Assembly (NCBI GenBank): GCA_010356995.1
Contig: ML996694.1
Location: 1,053,224-1,117,223, forward strand
Direction: 5' to 3'
Length of the DNA stretch: 64,000 bases
Origin: Trichodelitschia bisporula
Lineage: Eukaryota
Part shown: positions 23,769 to 37,200 of the stretch, one piece after another
Numbering within the stretch: the first letter of the stretch is position 1
Layout: each line of letters begins with the position of its first letter
Program-made: the position numbers and the translations under genes
The notes under the pieces: generated by a model
Databases searched by the model: none
Told to the model about the DNA's origin: nothing
Seen by the model: only the letters and a program-made list of their open reading frames with translations

Positions 23769-26478
23769 ATGACTCTGCGCGATAGTAGCGTCCCGTCGCC
23801 ATTTCCTCCAGGCTTCCTTGCCGCTTACAAGTCCGCCGCGTCCATGAACAACACCTTTCGCTTGGATGAGGGATACTCGGACGACACCAGGAGCCAGGCT
23901 GGCAGCGAAATGCGTGTAGAGTCGCGCTTGGCCGAGCTGGATGTGGATACTAACCTCTCGTTGCTCCCTCAATGGGTTCTCGGTCTAAACGAGGCTGATC
24001 GTAGCGGTGCGCATCTCTCTTATTCTTGACTCTACTCGCTATGCAGGGACTAAGTGTACCGTAGAATTCGCTTACGCCATCCTCCGCTCGTTGCGTACCT
24101 CTTCCATCGCTGCAATTGTCGAGCGGCTCAACCCCCTGCTCCACATCGATCCCGTATCATACCTCCCTCCAGAACTCACATTTGAGATATTCTCGTACCT
24201 CGACACTCCGACACTGCTCCGGGCTTCCACTCTCTCAAAGTCTTGGAGGGGTCGCGCACTTGATGGTCGCCTGTGGCGTCAACTCCTGGAACGCGAAGGC
24301 TGGGACGCCAGCATACGCCGCGTGAGAGAGTTTGAAGATAAAAGTCGCGCCGCAATCACCTCCCGGAAGGAGAGCAAATCACGAGTACGGTCATCCGAAG
24401 ATACGGGCGATGCCGAGCGGTCGCCCAAGAAACGCGCCCGAGAACAACTCTTTGGCGATCGCTCGACAGAGTTCCCGCGTCTATGGGGAGAACAGCATGG
24501 AGCAATCGAGGCAGACGACGATGTGACAATGGAAGACCCTAGCCCCAAGATTGAGGATCCTTGGACGAGTAACGACGAGAATACCCCTCCCCAGACGCCT
24601 CCGGAGGCTTCCGCCGACTCGCTTGACCCACCAATTCGACCTTCGCTTATCCTATACGATAACAAACTAGACCCCCGCGTCAACTGGCAGTACCTTTACA
24701 AGCAAAAACGCAGGTTAGAAGAGAACTGGCAAGCTGGCCGCTTCACAAACTTCCAGCTCCCTCATGTGGACCACCCCGAGGAAGCGCATGCCGAATGTGT
24801 TTATACCCTCCAATACTCCGGCAAGTTTCTCGTCAGTGGAAGCAGGGATAAAACCCTTCGTATCTGGAATCTCGAAACTCAGCGTCTCGCCGTTCCGCCG
24901 CTCAAGGGGCACGAGGCTTCTGTTCTTTGTCTTCAGTTCGACAGTCGGCCCGAGCAAGATATAGTCATATCGGGCGGAAGCGACTGTCACGTCATATTAT
25001 GGCGCTTCTCCACGGGCAAGATTATAAACAAGTTGAGAAACGTTCACTCCGAACCGGTTCTCAACCTTCGGTTTGATGACCGCTACCTAATCACATGCTC
25101 CAAGGATAAGACGATCAAGGTGTGGAATCGGACCAAGCTCCTTCCCACCGATGATGCCTACCCGGTTCCGATGAACTCTTCGTCATCAAAATTTCCCGCT
25201 TACATCATCAACGCCGCAAATCTTCTTGACGGCGAGCTTCAAAGGGTCAACCCCTTGAAAGAGTATTCTCTTCTAATGACTCTGTCCGGTCATTCAGCCG
25301 CCGTCAATGCTATCCAGATCCTCGACAACCAGATCGTTTCAGCTTCAGGAGATCGCCTAGTAAAAATCTGGGACGTGAAAACCGGCATCTGCCTAAAGAC
25401 CATCTCAGGCCACGCAAAGGGTATAGCCTGCGTACAATTCGACGGCCGACGCATAGTCAGCGGTAGCAGCGACGAAACAGTCCGCATCTTCGACCGCGTA
25501 ACCGGCGTCGAAGTAGCCTGTCTCCGCGGCCACACCAACCTCGTCCGCACCGTCCAAGCCCGCTTCGGTGACGTCCCCGGCGGCCAAGCCGACGACGAAG
25601 CCGAAGCCCGTGCCGTAGACCGCAAGTTCCTCGCCGCTAACATCAACGGCGCGCTATCCCGGAAGCGCATGACCCGCGAGGAGCGCCACAACCGCAATGC
25701 CGGCTCCCGCGACCCGAAGGACATTTTCGCGCTCGGCGCTAAGTTACCCCCTGGTGGCGGCGGCTCCCGCTGGGCCCGCATCGTCTCGGGGAGTTATGAC
25801 GAAACGGTCATTATCTGGAAGCGCAACCCGGATGGCAAGTGGACGCCCGCACACCAGCTCTACCAATGCGACGCGGTGCAGGGCGCCGGCGGCCAGCCAC
25901 GGCATATCCCCGCGCACCACCCGCTCAACGCCGCGCAGGCCGCCATTCAACTCAACCAGCAACTCCAATCCCAACTCCAGCAGCAATTCCAGCAGCTACA
26001 GAACGCAGCCGCGGGCCCCCAGGCCGGAACCCAGGCCCAAGCTGCGAACCCGCCCACGATCGCGGGACCCAGTACCGCGCCCCAGAACCCACCTCCTGCT
26101 CCGGCACCCCAGGCCCAAGCCGCGGGCCCCGCTGGCCCACCGCTGATCTTCGGCAACCCGCTGCCGCATCACCCTGTGCACGCGCACGCGTACCCGCAAC
26201 TCCCGCCGCCGCCGGCTTTCACGGCGGCGCAACTTGCGGCGCATAATGGAGCGGCGGTGGGACATCACCACGCTCCTGCCATGGGGGCCCATCACGTGCA
26301 GCACGCGCCACATGCCCCTGGCACTGGGGCAAATAGCCGAGTCTTCAAGCTGCAGTTTGATAGCCGAAGGATTATCTGCTGCTCACAGGACCCGACGATT
26401 GTGGGGTGGGATTTTGCGAATGCGGATCGGGAGATTGTTGAGGCGAGTCAGTTCTTTGGGGATGAGTATGGTGCCTAG
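23769..26478 (+). CDS. fwd-1: F-box/WD40 SCF substrate receptor, beta-TrCP/FWD-1-like; exons 23769-24006 and 24065-26478
   Basis: F-box LPPELTFEIFSYLD; WD repeats HAECVYTLQY, GHEASVLCLQFD, GHSAAVNAIQI, GHAKGIACVQFDG; terminal RVFKLQFDSRRIICCSQD. Confidence 0.88.
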
Positions 26479-26876
26479 GTGAGGGGCGTGGGTGCATGTT
26501 GTGAGGATCTGGCGTGGGCATGGTGTTTGAGTGTTTAATGGTGTTTTGGCATAGCATGGCGATTGTCGTTGGACGCGTGTTGATGTTAGTTTATCTCTTT
26601 CGCGCACATTCGAGTATGGGTGGTATGGTGATGAATCTCTAGTCGTTGAGCTAATAATTTTCGAAGTCTATCACTGAAGAAACCTTATGACACAATCTTA
26701 CTTGCTGGTGAGATCTTACCACACCGTACATTTGTTGGACTCTTTCATTTACAATTCAGGCACGCTTCAACTCTCGGTAAAGCTTTAACGCACCGTCCCA
26801 ACCTGATCAATAGTTAACCATGATCCATATCCGATGAACCACGCCCCTTGTCGTGGGATATCAAAAAGCAACGGCC

Positions 26877-29800
26877 TCACCCCATCTGCCCAATCTGCCT
26901 CCTCTGTCTCCTCTGCCTCCACCGATACGCCCCCCTCATCCACCCCTTAAAACTCCCCAAATACACCAACCAAATCATAATCCCAATCACACTCATCGGC
27001 CCCGCCGTAACCCAAAACACCCACTGCCCCTCATTCAAATTGCGTATATCCTTCGTATTCATCCCAAAGAGGCTCGCCAACATAGTCAGCGGCAGGAAGA
27101 GCACGCTGACGGTCGTGAATGCCAGCGCGGCCTTTTCCTGCCGGTCTTTGTTCGACTCGACCATGCGGAAGTGCTGAGTCGTCAGCCTGAACACGGAAAG
27201 GGAAGGCTCAACTTACCCAAGCTTCTAGCTCCCCCACCCGCCGCGCCATCTCGACAAAGTTCGCGAGCGTGACATCCGCGCTCTGCAGACTCAGCTCTAT
27301 AACCGCCGTCTCGCGCGCCGGCGTCTTCGTCCCCGCCGCTCCCTCCCCAATAACACTCTTCGCCTCGCTCGCCCTTACACTATCATCCAACGCAACCAGC
27401 ACCCTCTGCTCGTCCTCCAGGATCCCGGCAATAGTATCCAGCTCCCCCTTCAAGCTCAGGAAGGTCTCCTGATGCCTACGGCTCAGCGGCGTGGCATGCA
27501 CTTCCGCAGTCTACCCCATTAGCTCTACCCGAGCGAAAACCGGTCACACGTTACTCACCACCGCCTGAATATCCCGCCAATACAACGTCGCAAGCCGATG
27601 TCTATCCGCAAACATCGGCGCCCCCCTCGCATCCTGCACCAACTGCGCAACCAGCACCGCCGCCGCCCCCGTCGTTGTCGCCGCCTCCCGCTCCCTCAAA
27701 CTCACCGTCTGTAACCGCCGCACAATCTTCATTTTCCCAGCCGCAAGCAGCGCCTTTGCCCGTCGGGCGTAGTCCGCCGTGCGCCCCGCCTCCCCCGTGA
27801 CCGCGAGGACGGCGAACATAAGCACCAGGAGCCAGGCCTGGATGAATTCGTGCGGTACGTTGGTTTGGTTGTAGAGTGCCGGCGGGGACGCACCATGCCG
27901 CCCGAAGATCTCATGCTTGACATCGCTCGCCGCGTGTGCTAAGCTGCGCACCCTCCGCGCGGTCGCCGCAAGGGTAGTGGCGCTGGGCGGGGAGCGCAGG
28001 AGCCGATCGAGCGCGCCCCAGTACTTGCCAGCTACGGGGTGGGCGTAGGCAAGCGGGTAAAAGAGCGTGAAGATAGCGCGAGCGGCGCGGAAGAGGGCCT
28101 GGCGCTGCGAGTTTAGGCCCGTCCCGTCGTCCGGTGGGAGCGAGGCTATGTAATTTTTGACTTCCGTGTAGGTTTTTTGCGGGCAGGTGTGCCAGGCTGC
28201 GGCTTCGCCGCGGCGCCGGTTGGTGGTTGTGAGGTAGGCGTCTATTTCGTCGGAGTCGGCGCGGAGGCGGCCTTGGTCCACTACGAGTTTGGGGGGGGCG
28301 GCGGGGGTGGTATCTGAGATTGGCGGGGAGGGGGCGTCGGCGCGTGTGGCCATTAGGGTGAAGACGTACCAATTGTCTTTGGTGGAGCTTTTTTCTTCGT
28401 CGGTTGGGATGGGGGTTAGGGGGCGCATGGCGGGATCGTCCGCGTTACCGGTCTCGTCTGAAGTTTGGATTTCGGGGAGGTCGGCGTCGGAATCGGAGTC
28501 GTCGTAGGAACTGTCGTCGTCGTCACTGTAAAGTTTTAGTTCGTATCAATTGGTCATAGATATGCTTCTCCCACTCACTTTTTCTGTAAGGTTAGCCTGA
28601 TTGAGACCTTTGCCGCAAGCGCCATAATTTTGGGCCAGTCCTGTCGGGTAATCCGGGCTCCCTGATAAACAACATCCCACCCCTCGAAGAGATCGACTCC
28701 AAGTTCGGCGAAGTTCGAAGCAAATTCCTGGCAATTAGCCGAAGCCGGATGATGGAGCATATGTGCCTTACCGGCCATGTCACACAAGTATCAGCTGGAA
28801 TGAGCCACGTCCGGATGCCGCCGTCTGATACGATTATAACCGGGGCACGGTCTCCAGAGTTACGGCGGTGAGGGTCGGCTGGCGGGAGGGTCTTGATGTT
28901 TATAAACTGGCCTGGCATATCCTCGATCGCTCTTCGGGCGCAAGTGATCATGAGGCCTGTTTCTGTCAGCGCTGACACAAGGCGTCCATCCGGAGACTTA
29001 CTGTCGCCCACCATAAGACACCACAGCTGTGCAACTTGAAAATAGTTTCCCTCCAGCACATATCCGGAATTGAGAAACGGATACTCCACCGGTTCCGAGG
29101 CTGTAAACCGCCTTTTCACCTTACCCACCGGCTGATCGCTCGTCACAAAGTACGGGATACACATCCACTTGACTGTCTCCACCTTCTGGCGCCTGGACCT
29201 GAACCCCTGGAAAACCGTTTGCTGAACCGTTTCCTCATAGAACTCCGGCTCAACATAGCTGCCCTGCTTCCCCGGCGGCATACGCAGCGATTTCTCGGAA
29301 TTCTGTCGCGCAACCCGCAGAATGCTGCCCACGTTCTCGCGCTGCCCCGCGTCGAGCCACGGACATTCCAGCACCACCTGTACAAAGGTTCCAAACACCA
29401 TCCCCGGATTCTCAACATGCATCCAGCGATATAGCGGACGCGACAACTCGCGCTGCTGCACACGCCGATTCGTCCCCGTCAACAACTCAGCGCTGAGATC
29501 GCCCCCACGGAACAAATCACCCACATATCGCGAGCGATACACGCGATACACAGTGGTGAGCCGATCCTTCTCATCGCCCTTAAAACTCGTCGAACTCGTC
29601 AAGCGGCGGTCATCCCCCTCCTCAGGTAGCCCCAAGCCCTCATCATCATCCTCCAAAAGCATCTTCTTCTGCAACCCCAAATTGAAGCTATTGTAGCTAG
29701 AATCCGAGTCTCCGTCTTCGAGAACCATGTCGTCGGTTCCCACGCGCGAGAAGTCCTTGGATGCGATCATGTCCCCCTCGTCCGACGAACTCGCGCTGCT

Positions 29801-30019
29801 GGTGCTCCCGCTGCGCATGCGCCGCCTTCGCACGGTCCGGCCATCAGGTACAATCGCCGCGTCCATGCCGCGCTTGTGGGTGTGTTTGCGCACTGCATGA
29901 CGCTGGCGCGAGTCCTGCGCGTTGCCGGCGAGGGGCATGGCGTAGGAGTTCGAAAGACGCGCTGGAGCGCTGCGACGCGCTTCGCGGGTGAAGTTGCGGG
30001 GAGTGGAGGATGGGGCCAT
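26877..30019 (-). CDS. Large multi-exon protein with C-terminal CorA-like Mg2+ transporter TM hairpin
   Basis: The last exon has FTTVSVLFLPLTMLASLFGMNTKDIR...FWVTAGP (GMN motif plus two TM helices). Upstream ORFs link through GT..AG introns near 29001-28957, 28771-28727, 28578-28527, 27557-27511 and 27216-27174 (approximate). Confidence 0.8.
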
Positions 30020-30600
30020 TGCGGGTTAGCGATGGAGATGTGTCTGGAGGCATATATGAGGGTGCTTGGTTTTGAATTGGAGAGAATGACGGAGGGCAAG
30101 ACGTCCGGTTTGATGTGCGGGGAATGAGGCTGGGCTGGCTGAGGAGATGCAAGCCTCGCGCGCGAGGGTGCCGGGGGCTCTTTCCATGACTAACGGGGCT
30201 GGAAGGGGAAGGTGCATGGGGGACGAATTGGGATTAAGCAGTGACACTACTGTCAGGGTAGAACGGCTTTGTAGATGAACTTCAGCGGGTATCACCGATT
30301 ACTTGCATCCATCATCTAACGTCGGGTAGTAGATGGTCCAGCCGAATCGGGTTCGGCCCGCTCAAACTTGGCACGTCGTCCAGTCTCGGCAGCGGGGGTT
30401 TCCTCTGGATCAGGTCGAGGCCTTGCTTGGCGTTTGTTTGAGCATCTTTGTTTGTTGCAACACTGTGACGAAACATCTCCAGTTCACCAGACAACACCTT
30501 CCCATCGTCCACCTCCATCACCCTCTCCACAGCCACCCGTCTGCCATCGCGACATCGCCTTCTCCCACACACTTAGCACCTCTATCCCACATCTAGCAAA

Positions 30601-31391
30601 ATGGTACGCTCCTCCCTCGCAGCTCTCCTCCCATCTAACATCCCCAGGCGCGCAACTCCGAAAAAGCGCAATCCATGCTCTTCCGCTTCCGCGCCGCCCA
30701 AGCCGCCGACCTCGGCATCCTCGACATAAGCCGCACAAAGCGTCCCAAAGCCATAACAAGCATCGACTCCATCCCCGTGTGCGAAAAGTGGCGCGGCCAA
30801 GTCCTCAAGGAGGTCTCGCGCAAAGTGACCAAGATCCAAGACCCCGCGCTATCGGATTACCAGATCCGCGACCTCAACGATGAGATCAATAAGCTCATGC
30901 GCGAGAAATTTGTCTGGGAACTGAGGATTCGAGAACTCGGGGGCCCGAATTATAGTCGAGGGGGCAGGGTGGTGGATGAGGATGGGCGAGAGGTGCCCGG
31001 GGGTGGGAAGGGGTATCGGTATTATGGGCGAGCGCGCGAGTTGCCGGGCGTCAAGGAGCTGTTTGAGGCGGCAAGGCAGCAGGGCAGGCCGCCTGAGGAG
31101 CAGGCGGGCCCCACACGCGCGGAGCTTTCGCGCAATGTCGATGCCTCGTACTACGGGTACAATCTGGATGAAGAGGACGGAACACTGCTGGAGTACGAGA
31201 CAAAGCGGGAGGCGGAAGCGAGACAGGCGCTGTTGGAGCAAGATGACGGGGCGCAGGACAAGGGGTGGGAGCCCATACCTGGAGATGAGGGTGATGGGGT
31301 AGGGTGGAGGGTGCCTACGGTTGACGAGGTTCAGGAGGAGCTGATGGAGCGCCGACGCAAGAGGCTTCTGGACAAGATTGGTCCTGTTTGA
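30601..31391 (+). CDS. ISY1: Pre-mRNA splicing factor Isy1; first coding exon is the ATG only, intron 30604-30647
   Basis: Spliced MARNSEKAQSMLFRFR; IRDLNDEINKLMREK; GYRYYGRARELPGVKELF. Confidence 0.95.
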
Positions 31392-31652
31392 ACGAAGCCT
31401 ATCTTCCGCCCCTGTTGTGGGGACAGGTCTTCCGTCCATTCATCCCATCACACACTCTGTACCAAAAGTATCTCCTTGGAGTCCGGCGTTGCATGCAAGA
31501 GAAAGGCTCGGGCATGGTCATCCCGCTGAAATTTCAGCAAAAAAATTGCGCCAACCACCATCCAATCTAGTGTATGTAGGATACATCGGGGCAGTCCCAA
31601 ACGTATCCCTTTTGATTTCTTCATTACACATCATGTCCCCACGTTCATGCCA

Positions 31653-33415
31653 CTAGTCCTCATCCCAATTCGGGTTCGGGCCCGGCGGCTTCGGCCCGCC
31701 AGCCTGCCTCGCAACGATGATCTGGTCGACACTCAGGATCGTGCGCGCCGAGTCCGTCGCCAGCTTGATAGCCCATTGCTTGCTGACGAGCAGATCCAGA
31801 ATGCCCTCCTCCTCGGCATCCAGCACACCAGACCCATCGTTGTTGTCAATGTCCACACCCGTGCACCACCAGTACTTAGCCTTGTCCTTGCGGTCTTTCT
31901 GCGACGCATGCGCGCTGTATAGCCGCGAGAGCACCTCCGTCGCGTTCAGGCCCGCCGACTCGGCGAGTGTACGGGGGATAACCTCGAACGCCTCGCCGAA
32001 CTTGCGGATCACGTACTGTCCGAGACCGGGCGTCTTGTCTGCGTACTCAGTGATACGCTCAATGAGCTGCATCTCAGTTGCACCAGCGCCGGGCACTAGA
32101 CGAGCATCCTTGGTAATGGCCTTGATAACGTTTACGCCGTCATCGACAGCGCGCTCCACGTCATCGAGGTGATTCTGGGTGGCACCGCGCAAGACGAGAG
32201 TCGCCGTGCGGGTGGCATCATTTTCCTGACGGAAGACGGTGACGCGGTCTCCTCCGATCTCGAGCGTCTCGACGACGTCCACCTGGCCCATCTCGTCGGG
32301 CATGGGAGCGCCGAGGCGAGCAAGGGGAGAGGCATCGACCACCCGGCAGAGGCGGCGCAGCTCGAACTTGGAGAGGATCTTGATGACCAGGATGTTATGG
32401 CGGTTGAGGTAGTGCATAGCCAGTTCGCCAACCGTGGAGCCAGCAACCACAACGCGCACACCCGAGTCATGCAGCTCCTTTATGACGGCCTCGATTTGGT
32501 TCTCCTCGCCCTTTGTGAAGTCGAGCATCTCCTTTGCGTTCTTCAAAAGGACTGTACCCTTGGTTTCAGTCTGGCTGATATCCACTGCGCAGGTGAAGAC
32601 GGCAACCTTGGCCTTGGTGGCCTTCTTAACAGAGCCCTCAGGTTCGCGACCGAATACCATGCCCTTGACGACTTTGCTCTGCTCCAGGGCACCACCCAGG
32701 ATCTTTACCACACGGACGTTGTCGACGTTAAAGTTAACCGGATTCTTAGGGAGCACGGCGAGCGTGGCTTCGGCGACGAGCTCCGCGAGGAAGTCTTCGT
32801 TCTCGTTCTGCTTAGCCGAGATGACGGTGCGAAGGGCCTTGCTGAGCTCCTCAGTCGAGCGGGTGTTCTCGACCCTGTCGATTTCCAAATCTACGCCCGT
32901 TAGCTAGCTCAAGCAGAGCGAGTAGGCAAATATACCATCAAGCGCCTTCAACGCAAAGTCCAACGCCTTTTCGTAGCCTTGCACGATGTCGCTTGTCTTC
33001 AGTCCCATCCGCAGCAACTCCTCCGCCTTTTTCAGCAACTCGCCCGCAAAGACAATCACCATGTTCGTTGCATCACCGATCTCCGCCTCTTGCTGCTGGC
33101 TAGCCATGACGAGCAGCTTTGCTGCCGGGTGCACGACCTCGAGCTCGCGCAATATGGTGGCGGCATCAGACGTCAGGATCATCTTCTGCAGATGGTTGAC
33201 GACGATCTTATTGCGGCCATACGGGCCGAGCGACGTTTGCACCGTCGAAGCGATGGTGCGGCAGGCATCGATGTTGCGCAACACAGCGGCATCTTCGGCG
33301 TCGTAGCTGCGGCGGTGGTTAGCGGAGGGGGCCGGTGTGGGGTTGAACGACCGTACGATTGATAGCCCGCCTTGAACAGCCCGGCGTTGGGAGCCTGGGG
33401 TATTGAGAGCGACAT
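31653..33415 (-). CDS. CCT8: Chaperonin CCT/TRiC subunit theta, 3 exons
   Basis: MSLSIPQAPNAGLFKAGY, TSLGPYGRNK, EIGDATN, VPGAGATE, C-terminal AGGPKPPGPNPNWDED. Confidence 0.96.
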
Positions 33416-34242
33416 GGTACTGTCAGTATGGGGCACCGAGATTTTGGGACTTGGTTTCGAGGTGTATTATTCGCGTCTTGGAGGAGCTCGGGAATTTGGT
33501 ATGGCTTTCGTCAAAAAATCCGCGACTGGTCGCGTCAAGCGTCAAGCATCAGGCGGGGGTGCATGTTGACCCGGCCCGTGCACAAGTAGAACTAGCTTGC
33601 AGCCTGACGTCTCAGGCACTAGATATCAAGTCGGTTCAAGTCCAAACAGTAACAGTCAGGCCTGAGTATTTCAACTCTTATATTTTAAAACCATCTACAC
33701 GGGGCCGTACTCCGGACGTCTATATGTACACGCTGGTGACCACTGGTTTTCGCTGCTGCCAATGAACGACCCGATGCCCATCGACCTCAGATAAAGCGGG
33801 ATCAAGCAACTCCTTGTGTTTGCCTGAGTTCATCTCCAAAGCCAAACCCATTGGTCCCATCGCTAATGCAGAAAAAAACGAAAATTCAGACCTCGTATAG
33901 AGGCTCTACTCCATACATACACATCATCGCCGTCCATGCAGAACATGTTCATCATAGAGTCGCAAGCCCACCATGCCATCCAACTCCAGGGAAAGGATCT
34001 ACAGAGACGCCGAAAATCCGAGCAAGACACTCCTTATCGGGCCAAGGCAGTGTTGTTCGTGTTATCGCGACAGAACATCCGCAAAAGCCAACATCACAAG
34101 ATCTGATGTTGACTCACCCCTCTTGCACAGGACATCGAAGGGCACCTCGAGCAAATCTCGAGCCCCATTTTTTTGCGTTTTACATCCCTCATTCGTCGAT
34201 GCAGTCCACATTCGAAGCCACATGGTTCTGCATGTGCTTCCT

Positions 34243-37200
34243 TCATCCGCCCTTTCGCTCGCTTTCGTTGAACGGGAGAGGCTCTCCATGGCCGCGAGAG
34301 TCATAGTTCGTCTTGGACGAGGTCATGGACTTTGACCGCTTCCGACCCTTCTTTTTTGTGTTGGTTGACGTCCATGCATTTCCAGAGGACGTAAACCCCG
34401 GCTTCTGGTGCGTTTTCTCGCCGCCAGGACCTGGAGGACCTTGGTGATTCGGCAAAGGCTTCGTTACTTTGGGAACAACCGGTTCGACACGTCCCGGCAA
34501 CTTGCCGTTAATGCCATGCTGATCCCGGATATTGTTGCCATTTCCGCGTACGACATTGTCAATCGATATGTTACGCAGAGTCTCCGATAATCGTTGCACC
34601 GTGGGGGACGGGGTCCGTGTCTCCATTACCGGTGACAACCCAGGCCCGATCGCTACTTCACCTTGCTTGGGCTCAGCAGGCACCGACTTGGGAGTCTCAG
34701 GAGTCGGCGACGTGCGGATCGGATGCACAGGGCGCCACATCTGAACGTGGTTCGACTTGGGCGACAACACCGGCTCGGAGTCCTCAGACGTTATTGACGG
34801 TGCATGCGGATGGCCCTGATGGAAGTACATTCCTGATGGCGAAAAGATCGGAAGGTGTGCTGGATCGTACTGGAGACCTGTCCTACCCACAAGGCCTGCA
34901 TATTGATCATAGCCATGGAATGACTGTAGACCCGCCATGTTACTCTCGTAGGATTGCTGTCGCCTCAGCCCCGTGTTTTCGTCCGATGAATAGCCTCCAT
35001 TCGACAAGCCGAGCCCATTGAGTGGGCCATCAAAGGGGACTGGTCGGTAGCCCTCTCGCGCGATTACAGGGTGGCTATCAGGGTTCGACCCGTTGACAAC
35101 GAGCGGGGCGCTCGATCGCGCCACGTACTCGCCGGCAGATGGCGGGTGTGCAGCCTGCGTCTGTTCGATCGGCACGCTATTGACCGCATGGCTCATGGCG
35201 CCATTGTTCGGGGTATGCAACGGCGTGGAATAGGTCCTCTGATGGCCCAAGGGAGATGGTGACCGTGAGAGCTGCGAGAAGTGAGGGGGCAAGTTCAAGT
35301 CAGCTGACCCTTTACGGCTCGTATAGTCGCCGTACGCCGGAGTAGTCAAGCCGCTTGAAATTGGTGCCGGAGACACCTCATAGCCCAGATACTCTTTAGG
35401 AGATCCTTCACCGGATGTGATCACCCCCGAGTTAAGGTGAGACTCGTGGGCCACCGGCAGATCGGTATTACCGGGTGTGCTGACATCGCGAAATCCCCTA
35501 GCTGCCATCAGCCAGGGGGCTACTGGAGTTTCGATGGGCGGAGGCTGCGGATATCCGGGGAACAAAACTTGCTGAGGTACGCTCCGCGCAGGCTGTGACT
35601 GAGAGCGCAAGGACCCACTTTGCGTTCCGTTTGAAACGGATGACCGCTGCAAGCCGCGTCGGGCAGTCATCGCAGGCGTGAGCGAGGGGGAAGATGGATT
35701 GGTTCGCGACCCTTCTTGGGAAGCAGAATGACCCATCATCGACGCATCGTGGGGGAATTGCGGTAGGTAGCTCGCGTAGGGGACACTGTGGTTGCCGTTC
35801 ATGAAGTGCGGGTCGCTAGGTCCCTCTCTCGATGCGTCGCGACCGGAATTGATATCGCGCGAGCTCCCTTGCACCACCGAATGCGCGTGAGCAGTTGCAG
35901 CCGCAACGTTGCGAACCTGCTCAGCGGCTTGTACTTGCGACTGATACGCCGCCATGCCGACCATGCGCGCCCGAATCTGCTCAATCTGGAAGTTGTACAT
36001 CTGAGACTGCAAATAGATTTGGTCCTGCAACGCAGCATAGTCGGCAGACGAGTAGGGAAAGCCATTGTTTGGCACGAAGGACGCATTGCGCCATCCAGCG
36101 CTGGACGCCCGGCGGTAATTCCCGTTGCCCCGCTGACCTCCATTCATGCGCGTGTTCCGAGACGTGGGGGCACTGACGCCGTTACCACCATTACGCCGAC
36201 CGTGCGAAGGTGCAGCGGGAATAGACGACAGAACCGGCTTGGGGCCCGGGTTCGGCTTCTTGAAAAACGGCTTCTCCTCCGGCGGGAATGTGTACAGTTC
36301 GCAGCATTTCCCAAGCTTTGCCTCGGAAATGAGCTGGAAAGCGTTGCGAATTTCAAGATGAATGCCACGAAAAGCCGTGGAGTCCGCGGAGTTTCCTAGG
36401 TTCCGAGTGGTGTTGAATGGCTCTTCGACACAAAGCCGCCATTGTCCTTCCTTCGACGTGATTTCCCAACTCTTCTCTTTCCTCGAAAGCAGGCGACCGT
36501 GGCGAACCGATACCACATACTCTGCGTAGTCAATCTCGTACCCGTAGCGGCGGAAAAAGGCGAAGAGGAGCTCGCCAATAGTCTCCGTGTTCTTCGAGCC
36601 AAACCCACTCAACACTTCCAGATCGTCTGCGAATCCTGACTCTGAGCCATCCTGGGCGATGTAATTTTTGTGTGGCATCTGATGCAACGCGGGTAAAATA
36701 GGTGGATCGCGCGTTTGTAAGAAATTGAGGATCATACATATCCAAGTGTACGAACTCAGGGTACCTCCAATTCCTGAACGGTGTAAGGGGCTGATGCAGC
36801 CGTCCGAAAACAAGAAGACTAACCTGCGTCATTCAAGATGCGTTGCTTTGTCCAGTGCTTGATGATCATCGCCAAAGGTCTTACGCGCTCGTCGATCTGG
36901 ACATAAGTCTTTATCATGCGCGTATTCTCTAGGGCAAGCGTGTTGTTCACGTTCATGTCTACGGCAAGAGAGAGCTCGGGGTCCCACATCTTCACGATAG
37001 GGACCTTCGCACCGGGCACGCAATGGACGTCCTCCATGCCATCTATTCCATGTCAGATTCGCTCGCTTGGTGGTGATCTGAACGTCTTACGTTTGTGCAG
37101 GGCCTCCGCGAGCGGGTGCATGGTCTCTAGAGATTTCATAGGCGTTTGTATGCAGATGTCCACTGTCGAGTGTAAGCACTTGCCTAAGGGGGTCACAAAT

